Part shown: positions 57,500 to 64,000 of the stretch, piece after piece
How the letters are laid out: the number at the start of each line of letters is the position of its first letter
Numbering within the stretch: position 1 is the stretch's first letter
Assembly (NCBI GenBank): GCA_963695435.1
Contig: OY968788.1
Span: 349,456 to 413,455, forward strand
DNA length: 64,000 bases
Direction: 5' to 3'
Origin: an uncultured bacterium
GTDB taxonomy: Bacteria > Patescibacteriota > Kazan-3B-28
Translations under genes and position numbers: made by a program
The notes under the pieces: generated by a model
The model's input: the letters and a program-made list of their open reading frames with translations, nothing else
Told to the model about the DNA's origin: nothing
Database searches by the model: none

Positions 57500-58882
57500 T
57501 TAGTAGCTTCCCTTGCGAGCGAAAACAGCTTTGAAGGTCAGGAACATAATCTTGAAATCGAGCCAGATAGACCAGTGCTCCAGATAATAAACATCCATCT
57601 GAACATAGTCGTCAAACCCCGTGTCGCTTCTGCCAGAAACTTGCCACAATCCTGTCACACCGGGCTTGATGAGTAATCGCCGCTTCGCGGCGTCGCCGTA
57701 CTGCACAACTTCATTGGGAAGAGCAGGACGCGGTCCTACCACACTCATATTGCCGACAAAAACATTGAACAACTGGGGCAATTCATCCAACGAAGTTTTG
57801 CGGATGAATTTTCCTACTTTGGTAATGCGCGGGTCATCTTTCATTTTGAACATCGGGCCACTCGCTTCATTTTTCTCTGCGCGTAATTTTTCCAAAAGTT
57901 CTTCCGCCTTCGCTCCTCCTAACCCCGGACTCAATTCGCTATACATCGAACGGAATTTGTAAAAAGTAAATAATTTACCAAGCTCCCCAACTCTTTTTTG
58001 GGAATAAATTATCGGACCTTTAGAATCGAGTTTGATAGCGATTGCTATCACTAGCATCACAGGAGATAAAACAATAATCCCTAAAATGCTCAAAACAATA
58101 TCAATAAATCTTTTGACGATTCTCCCCCACCCCGAAAGTGATGTTGGGGCAATTTCAATCAGCGGATATCCTGCAATTGTATCGATAGTAATATGAGAGG
58201 TATAAAGACTGGTCAAACTCGGAACATATTGAAGAGTGATTCCGCGGTCTTCGCAGAAACGAACCAGTTTCAACATTTTTTCTTTATCCAGTTCTGCGCC
58301 CAAGATTATCCGATTAAGTTGGGTTTGGGCGAACAGATTTTCTTCATCAAAAAATCCGCTGATGCCAAGCAGTTTTTTGCCCGGCCGGCGGGATTTGATA
58401 TAGTTTCTCAAAACCACCGCAATATTACCCTCGGCAATCAGCCAGACTCCCTCCACACCTGTTCCGTAATACTGCAACCATTGTTTGATGAAGTTGACGA
58501 ATGCTCTGCCCAACGGAACCATCAAAATACTTAGTCCCCAAAAATAAACAACAATTAGACGAGAGAAGAAAGAAGTTTTTACCAAGAATAATCCGATAAT
58601 AAACAGCGCCAAAGCGACCGAAGTTGCGGTGATAACTTTCCCAAATAACTCACCCTGCTTGAGCCCACGGAATTTATACAATCCAAAAATAAAAAATACC
58701 GCCAGCCACAGAAGTGATAGTTCGGCGGTATATTTCGCGTATTCAGGCAAAGGTTGGATGTAAATAACATCCGTAGCCGTCCAACCAATGCGGATGTAAT
58801 AGGCAAATAAGAAAGCGCCCCAGACCATCAAAAAGTCCACGGGCAAAAGAAGTATCGTAAATATCTGATTAAATCTTTTCAT
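57500..58882 (-). CDS. polyprenyl-phosphate sugar phosphotransferase (bacterial sugar transferase, WbaP/CpsE-like); start moved to internal Met to clear tRNA
   Basis: C-terminal KFRSM ... DELPQLFNV ... GNMSVVGPRP; track ORF start would overlap tRNA-Val by 33 nt. Confidence 0.8.
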   Translation of the reverse strand: MKRFNQIFTILLLPVDFLMVWGAFLFAYYIRIGWTATDVIYIQPLPEYAKYTAELSLLWLAVFFIFGLYKFRGLKQGELFGKVITATSVALALFIIGLFLVKTSFFSRLIVVYFWGLSILMVPLGRAFVNFIKQWLQYYGTGVEGVWLIAEGNIAVVLRNYIKSRRPGKKLLGISGFFDEENLFAQTQLNRIILGAELDKEKMLKLVRFCEDRGITLQYVPSLTSLYTSHITIDTIAGYPLIEIAPTSLSGWGRIVKRFIDIVLSILGIIVLSPVMLVIAIAIKLDSKGPIIYSQKRVGELGKLFTFYKFRSMYSELSPGLGGAKAEELLEKLRAEKNEASGPMFKMKDDPRITKVGKFIRKTSLDELPQLFNVFVGNMSVVGPRPALPNEVVQYGDAAKRRLLIKPGVTGLWQVSGRSDTGFDDYVQMDVYYLEHWSIWLDFKIMFLTFKAVFARKGSY

Positions 58883-58915
58883 ATCTGAATCATAGCCCCC
58901 AAGCGGCTTATTATA

Positions 58916-58991
58916 TGGTGGGCGGTAGAGGATTCGAACCTCTGACATTCACAACGTCAATGTGACGCTCTACCAACTGAGCTAACCGCCC
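58916..58991 (-). tRNA. tRNA-Val (anticodon GAC), CCA encoded
   Basis: loop TTGACGT, T-loop TTCGAAT. Confidence 0.85.
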
Positions 58992-59020
58992 GTATTTTCA
59001 ACTCCAATAGATTAGCTTTT

Positions 59021-59662
59021 CTACTGGTATTTGCCAAGTACCTCGAGAATGCGGCCGCGGACAGTTTCCAGCGCGTCCTGAAGTTCCTCAATACCGCGGT
59101 TATTGTTAATAATCAAATCCGCTTCTTCTTTCCCCGGCTCGACATATTTATCGTGCATTGGTTGTGCTGAAGTTAGATATTGGTTCAGAGATTCTTCAAA
59201 TGTTCTATCTCGCGTACCAACATCCCGCTCCAATCTGCGAGCCAGACGAATATCGGATTCAACATCAACGAAAATTGTAAGATCTAACAAATCGCGTACT
59301 CGTGGATCAGTCAAAATCAAAATTCCCTCAATAATAATTACTGGCAAAGGCTCGATGTGTTTAGTTTCCGGTTTGCGAGTGTGCTCACCAAAATCATATT
59401 GTGGCATTTCAATCGCCTCGCCTCGCTTTAGCGCGGATAGTTGTTCGACAAACAATTCCTCATCTAGGGCTTTTGGTTCGTCGTAGTTAAGTTCTTTCCG
59501 CTCCTCTAAAGGGATATCATCGTGGCTTTTGTAGTAGTTGTCATGAGACAAAATCAGAATTTTGGTTGGGTCGGCTTTTTGCAGTTCTTGAGCTACATAA
59601 GTTTTGCCCGAGCCGGTACCGCCAGCCACGCCGATAAAAAACGGGGTAATGGTTTTATCCAT
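59021..59662 (-). CDS. udk: uridine kinase
   Basis: GVAGGTGSGKT P-loop. Confidence 0.85.
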   Translation of the reverse strand: MDKTITPFFIGVAGGTGSGKTYVAQELQKADPTKILILSHDNYYKSHDDIPLEERKELNYDEPKALDEELFVEQLSALKRGEAIEMPQYDFGEHTRKPETKHIEPLPVIIIEGILILTDPRVRDLLDLTIFVDVESDIRLARRLERDVGTRDRTFEESLNQYLTSAQPMHDKYVEPGKEEADLIINNNRGIEELQDALETVRGRILEVLGKYQ

Positions 59663-59690
59663 ATACCTATTATGCCATATCTTGGATTCT

Positions 59691-59718
59691 TTACATCTGG
59701 AGCCGAAAAGTGTATGAT
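59691..59718 (+). promoter_or_regulatory. candidate promoter TTACAT-N16-TATGAT for rnpB
   Basis: -10 ends 7 nt before P1 5' strand. Confidence 0.4.
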
Positions 59719-59725
59719 GTGCCTG

Positions 59726-60168
59726 CTCTTTGCAAGTGTGTAACTACCCTGTACCGACGGTATAGGGAGGAAAGTCCGGACACCATTTGGGATTTGGAAA
59801 GTCGCTAACGGCGACCAGGGGCAACCCTAGGGAAAGTGCCACAGAGACTATACTAGTTCTGCTGTAAAGCAGAATGAAAGGTGAAAAGTTGCGGGATGTG
59901 TTGTGTAAAGAATTAGGCCAAACCTAATGATTTGCGCCTCTTGCCACTCGCAAGGTTCCACCGCGAGGTGGAAATTCTGGTAAACCCTTTCCGGTGCAAG
60001 TTGGACTGGACTGAATATGCTAACAACATAAATTCCAATTGAGTATATTCAGACCCCAACGCTTGAGTTCTGGAGCAATCCAGAACCTAGATAGATGGTT
60101 ACTCTACCCGCGTACATTCGCAAGACTGTACAGGGTGAGACAGAATCCGGCTTATAGCTTGCAAAGAG
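59726..60168 (+). ncRNA. rnpB: RNase P RNA (bacterial type A-like), ~443 nt
   Basis: GGGAGGAAAGTCCGGAC (P4 5' strand), ACAGAATCCGGCTTATAG (P4 3' strand), GGTAAACCC; P1 pairing CTCTTTGCAAG / CTTGCAAAGAG. Confidence 0.85.
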
Positions 60169-60172
60169 TTTT

Positions 60173-60200
60173 AAAAAGACCACATTAGTGGTCTTTTTTG
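60173..60200 (+). terminator. intrinsic terminator AAAAAGACCAC-ATTA-GTGGTCTTTTTT after rnpB
   Basis: perfect stem. Confidence 0.8.
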
Positions 60201-60265
60201 ATTACAAATAAATTTTATAAACAACTTCTACAAACAACTCACAGAACAACATCTCCCCATTACGC

Positions 60266-60287
60266 AAAACTCACGATCGTGAGTTTT
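60266..60287. promoter_or_regulatory. perfect 22-bp palindrome AAAACTCACGATCGTGAGTTTT (bidirectional terminator-like or operator) 45 nt after the Cas2-like gene stop
   Basis: read directly. Confidence 0.5.
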
Positions 60288-60331
60288 GGGGAATAATTAG
60301 ATATTTAGATATGTCGATTAAATAAATGTAG

Positions 60332-60817
60332 CTACCAGATGTGTTCGCCGACATACAGAGATACATAGCCCTCAACATCATGATAATCAACTAAATCCTC
60401 TATCCAGTCCTCGCATTTATATCGACTAATCCAGACACTAAGCTGATGTTGTTTGAAACCCAGCATCTTGATGTGACGACGAAACCTATCACGCAACTTG
60501 CGCTCCCCTTCGGGGATATCGAATACCAAAATTCTTATTTTGCCGTCAACGGCCAGTTCTTTTTTAATAATTGGTAGCATTCTAACTGCACCAAGTTGTG
60601 TCAGTCGATAATATTTTCCTTTTGGTTCTAATTCTTGCTCGTAAATCAGTCTATCAACAATTTTCTGAACCTGACGAGGATCCAATAATCGCATCCCCTT
60701 ATATCTAGTGGTCAGAGGGATAGTGAAAAATTCAAACAGACCCGCACCGGTGTGTTTGATAGCACGAATAATAAGACGGCGGACTATATTACGTTGAGTA
60801 TTTTTTGTTTTTGGCAT
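60332..60817 (-). CDS. PaaX-type protein: N-terminal winged-HTH-like region + C-terminal Cas2-like domain
   Basis: KIRILVFDIPEGERKLRDRFRRHIKMLGFKQHQLSVWI aligns with Cas2 core (VVVYDV..RRRR..L..YG.RVQYSVFE). Confidence 0.6.
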   Translation of the reverse strand: MPKTKNTQRNIVRRLIIRAIKHTGAGLFEFFTIPLTTRYKGMRLLDPRQVQKIVDRLIYEQELEPKGKYYRLTQLGAVRMLPIIKKELAVDGKIRILVFDIPEGERKLRDRFRRHIKMLGFKQHQLSVWISRYKCEDWIEDLVDYHDVEGYVSLYVGEHIW

Positions 60818-60824
60818 GTTACTA

Positions 60825-60846
60825 AAAACGTACGATCGTGAGTTTT
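60825..60846. promoter_or_regulatory. degenerate second copy of the palindrome (AAAACGTACGATCGTGAGTTTT) 8 nt upstream of the Cas2-like gene ATG
   Basis: 20/22 match to 60266-60287. Confidence 0.5.
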
Positions 60847-60876
60847 GAGGATAGAAAGTTGTGGGTAAAATAAAGA

Positions 60877-62997
60877 CTAGGCGATGGTGATGGTGATGAT
60901 ACCAGTGTAGTTACCTGTCGCCTTGTTCCATAGACCAGTGAGATCAATTGTGGGCGAAAAATAGAATCCCCCCTTACCATAACCCGCAGAAGCTGCGTAG
61001 GCTGTTCTGGAAGCGTCTAGAGTGGCACCGGTTTGGCCAGTCATATTTGTTGTGACAGAGGTAAAACCGACATTAAGAACACCTGTCGTGGATGTCCATG
61101 TGATATTAGCATGGTCGATAGTGTTTCCTCCATTAGTCATATCAGTACCAGAAACTGATACGGTATAAGCGGAAGCTGTAGAGCGCTTGTCCCAAAAACC
61201 AATCTTCTCGCCGGCAGCAAAGACATACTGCTTGGTATTCGTGCCTACAGTGACACTTCCATAGCTCACGCTGGCAGGTGCAGTGCTTACTTCCAAATCA
61301 TAAGCGGCGGCGGTAGTGAGGGTAGGATAATTATTGCCCACAACAGGAGATACTACACCAGCAGGAGTATCTGTCCCGCCACTATTCTCGATGTAGTAGA
61401 GGCGGAAAAAATATTGAGTGTTGGCGGTGGCACCATTATTTTGGATGGTAAATTCAAATTCTGTGGCGGTGCTGGCGGCAGGATCAAAGGTACTGGAGCT
61501 AGTGCTACCGCCAGTTTCGTTATGAGTACCGTTGGCGGCAGTAGTGGTAAGAAGACGAGTAGTTATCGAAGTGTCGTCAGTGTCAACGCCGTTGTAGTAG
61601 CGCCAAATAACCATTTGACCAACCCCGCCGACATCAGTCGCCGATGAAAAACTATTAGAAGTATCGTATTCCAAATGAAATTTTACATCCGTGCCGGCCG
61701 TCGCCCCAGTTTCCGTTACACCAAAGCGTAATTTTAAAGCATTCCCGTCATAGACTATTCGGGTGCTGGCTGGCGCGTGGCTTTCGGTTCCGATAGTGTC
61801 TCCTGCTAAAATATCAGTCCCTAAGGTGTCGGCAGGGTCAGTCGTTTGTTCGGCATCACACCAGCGCCATTCGGTTGATTTGGGAGTATATACAGCCAAT
61901 TTCTTCGCTACCACCACATCAATATACGCAGGAGTATTGCTCTCGGAGGAGAAGTTGCCGGAGATGGTATGAGTGTGAGCGGCAGCTGTGGCGCCAGGAG
62001 GAGTGGTGCTGGTGGTGACACCCGTTGTGGCACTGGCGCCAAGAGAGACAACACTAAGGGCATGGGTATGAGTGGCGGAGCCTTGTCCGGTCTGGTAGCC
62101 AGTCTGGGCCTCCATAAAAACTTGGTAGAATGCTTCGCCTCCGCCATTGCTAATGATATCCCAGCTGGAGCTGTCAATATTCGGGTCACCATTGAACATA
62201 GCTATCATGCCGGCGGGGATAGCGGTGCCGCCGCTGTTGGTAACAGAGCCCAAGACCACTTCTGTATGGAGAGGGGTATCGTCGTTACTGATAGGAGAAG
62301 TGCCGGTATAGCTGTGGGTATGGGCGCTGGAGGGGCGCGGATCGGTCCCGGAAGCTACAGCAACGGTGGCGCTGGGGCCGCTGGTGACAATGCTTAGATT
62401 AGCATGGGAGTGGGTGTTGGTGCTACTAAAGCCACCAGAAGTAGAATTAAACCTGATCATATAGCCATTTTGACCAGCATAACCGCTAAATCCCGTTCCC
62501 ACGGCGGCATCAAATATAGCGATGGCGAATTGGGGCAGGGTGGTGGGAATACCGCTATCGCAAGAAATGGGGATGAGATCGCGATAAGCAGGCGAAGGAG
62601 TTGCAGTATTCATAGTGAAAGTGGTAAGAGTCGAGTGGGTGTGGATGGTGTTGGAGACAGTAACTCCCGTTCTTGTACGGTTGGCGCCCGTGGAAGACGC
62701 AACCACAGCTACGGTGCCTTGGGTGTGAGTATGAGTGGGGGTGGTGGCGGAGCCAAGGGCCGCATTCCCCCGCGGGAAGTAGCCGGCATAGGTAGCGCCT
62801 GTGCCAACACCCGCAGTCCAGCCAGTAGGGACACTTCCGCCCAGACCGGTATCCCAGAGCAAAATCATTTTCTCGCCGGTAGCGCGAGCTTTTGGGACAT
62901 TACCTGTTTCTAACGGGAACAAATGGGAAAAGCCGGCCACTACCGAGACCGTTATGATAATGACTGTAATACGCTGGAAAAGTTTTGTCCGCTTCAT
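60877..62997 (-). CDS. secreted/anchored 706-aa Thr/Gly/Ser-rich protein with six periodic (S/T/A)-H-(T/S)-H motifs; possible fiber-like surface protein
   Basis: N-terminal signal anchor; PTHTHTQG, IHTHST, NTHSHAN, SAHTHSY, SATHTHAL, AAHTHTIS. Confidence 0.5.
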   Translation of the reverse strand: MKRTKLFQRITVIIITVSVVAGFSHLFPLETGNVPKARATGEKMILLWDTGLGGSVPTGWTAGVGTGATYAGYFPRGNAALGSATTPTHTHTQGTVAVVASSTGANRTRTGVTVSNTIHTHSTLTTFTMNTATPSPAYRDLIPISCDSGIPTTLPQFAIAIFDAAVGTGFSGYAGQNGYMIRFNSTSGGFSSTNTHSHANLSIVTSGPSATVAVASGTDPRPSSAHTHSYTGTSPISNDDTPLHTEVVLGSVTNSGGTAIPAGMIAMFNGDPNIDSSSWDIISNGGGEAFYQVFMEAQTGYQTGQGSATHTHALSVVSLGASATTGVTTSTTPPGATAAAHTHTISGNFSSESNTPAYIDVVVAKKLAVYTPKSTEWRWCDAEQTTDPADTLGTDILAGDTIGTESHAPASTRIVYDGNALKLRFGVTETGATAGTDVKFHLEYDTSNSFSSATDVGGVGQMVIWRYYNGVDTDDTSITTRLLTTTAANGTHNETGGSTSSSTFDPAASTATEFEFTIQNNGATANTQYFFRLYYIENSGGTDTPAGVVSPVVGNNYPTLTTAAAYDLEVSTAPASVSYGSVTVGTNTKQYVFAAGEKIGFWDKRSTASAYTVSVSGTDMTNGGNTIDHANITWTSTTGVLNVGFTSVTTNMTGQTGATLDASRTAYAASAGYGKGGFYFSPTIDLTGLWNKATGNYTGIITITIA

Positions 62998-63983
62998 TTC
63001 TTCTTCCGTTTGCTACTTGTTTTGCTCGTACTCAACCTCGCGGATAGGCGTGGCTGTCCGCTGGTAGTTATGCGTGGATGATACAAAGAAGATTTAAACG
63101 ATAGTAGATAGCTAACGAGAGATGGCATAGTTTCGGTTTCGGATTTACGGTATAGCTCATCAGATGTCAGTGGACGAATTGGAATCATTAATTTGTCTCC
63201 GACATTTAGCGCATAGGGCCAGACCAGCCGGTTGAATCTAACGATTAGTTGGGGCAAAGCGCCTGTTTTTTCGGAAATATGAATAATTGTTTCACCTTTT
63301 GCGATAGTATAAACCTCAACTTTGGTGCGGTATTTATTTCTGTCTTTCCAGAAAGCCAATAAACGGTAGACGAGCCATCCAATGACCAAAAGAATGGCTA
63401 GGAGTGCGAAGTAAATTCCTCCTATCCAGAAACCGAAAGAATATTTAAAAGTCATGTCTGGCAGAGTTTTCTTGCTTCCATCCGACAAGATTTCATCAAT
63501 CGACCATGTGTGTAAAACCAGATTTACCCGATAATAGCCCATCAGCGGAGCGTGTTTTGCCCACGTCTTGTCTATAGTTATCGTACTATTAGGCAGAAAA
63601 GCTCCATTTGAGTTTTCTACTTGGTGATAAGTTCCAAACAATCCTTTTAGGTTAATATCTAGCGCCGGTTCGATATTTATATTGCTTTCGTTGCGGGCTT
63701 GAATATGAAAAATTAATTTCCCATCCTTAATTTCATGAGTGACTTTTTGGAAAGTTAGTTTGCGAACAACCTTCCCCGGCACCGTCACATAAATTCGGGC
63801 ACCTATACGGATTCTTAGCCCGACTCCGTTGGGTGAGTCGGCTGTTTTTTCATAAATTACAATTGCCCCGCTGTGTTGGCCCGGACTGGCATTGTCGGGA
63901 ACTGTGAGATTGAAATTAATGTTAGCAGATTTGCCAGCACCGACTTGAATAGTATTAGTAGAAAGCTTAACCCAATTACCCAA
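62994..63983 (-). CDS. hypothetical protein: beta-rich Ig-like N-region, TM helix, C-terminal LysM domain; N-terminus possibly beyond window (frame open to 64000)
   Basis: TM FGFWIGGIYFALLAILLVIGWLVY; LysM YTIAKGETIIHISEKTGALPQLIVRFNRLVWPYALNVGDKLMIP. Confidence 0.5.
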   Translation of the reverse strand: MGNWVKLSTNTIQVGAGKSANINFNLTVPDNASPGQHSGAIVIYEKTADSPNGVGLRIRIGARIYVTVPGKVVRKLTFQKVTHEIKDGKLIFHIQARNESNINIEPALDINLKGLFGTYHQVENSNGAFLPNSTITIDKTWAKHAPLMGYYRVNLVLHTWSIDEILSDGSKKTLPDMTFKYSFGFWIGGIYFALLAILLVIGWLVYRLLAFWKDRNKYRTKVEVYTIAKGETIIHISEKTGALPQLIVRFNRLVWPYALNVGDKLMIPIRPLTSDELYRKSETETMPSLVSYLLSFKSSLYHPRITTSGQPRLSARLSTSKTSSKRKKK

Positions 63984-64000
63984 ATCTTGGTTCTGGGCGG

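Noticed and set aside
57500-58948. Sugar transferase start at 58948
   Set aside because: It would overlap tRNA-Val(GAC) by 33 nt. An in-frame ATG at 58882 (MKRFNQIF...) gives a clean junction.
60332-60817. Cas2-like domain as evidence of a CRISPR-Cas locus
   Set aside because: No direct-repeat/spacer array and no cas1 or other cas genes anywhere in the 64 kb. The domain is fused to an HTH as in PaaX-type regulators.
1-64000. rRNA genes or transposase/IS elements
   Set aside because: No 16S, 23S or 5S signatures and no DDE or serine recombinase-like ORFs were seen.

Overview
This window looks like a small-genome bacterium with hallmarks of the Candidate Phyla Radiation (Patescibacteria). Ribosomal protein L30 is missing between rpsE and rplO, several ribosomal proteins carry Lys/Arg-rich extensions, NusG has an acidic N-terminal extension, and L33, L36 and S14 are all the zinc-ribbon forms.

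Most of 12.0-43.4 kb is one uninterrupted minus-strand supercluster. Its order is rpoB-rpoC, rpsL-rpsG-fusA, a roughly 2 kb higher-GC insertion, tuf, the S10/spc/alpha ribosomal operons, rplM-rpsI, secE-nusG-rpmG and tRNA-Trp.

Other content, from 5' to 3':
- a cdaA-cdaR c-di-AMP operon followed by a DnaQ-type exonuclease fusion gene;
- a locus with a C39-like peptidase and an ABC-2 exporter;
- LemA, DUF218 and LysM membrane proteins;
- two tRNA clusters (Cys, Leu-CAG, Leu-TAA; and Leu-AAG, Val, Phe, Gly) separated by a dCMP deaminase gene;
- secG, bactofilin and a lipid-kinase gene;
- infC-rpmI-rplT;
- a cell-envelope glycan locus with a sugar transferase, two GT4 glycosyltransferases and a DUF4012-like protein;
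- tRNA-Val, udk and RNase P RNA;
- a terminal locus with a wHTH/Cas2-like (PaaX-type) protein, a 706-aa secreted protein with periodic H-T-H motifs, and an Ig-like/TM/LysM protein.

The strongest unexplained signals are three families of structured intergenic repeats:
- a roughly 95-nt element, here called the X element, in three copies with clear compensatory stem changes, one copy antisense to its operon;
- hairpins built from TAGAG/CTCTA units, in three copies;
- a duplicated terminator-plus-leader module upstream of both tRNA clusters.

Other points worth a second look are a tRNA-Leu with an A34 anticodon (AAG), a repeat-flanked insertion that splits fusA from tuf, and an L24 with a C-terminal zinc ribbon. 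No CRISPR array, rRNA, integrase or transposase was seen.
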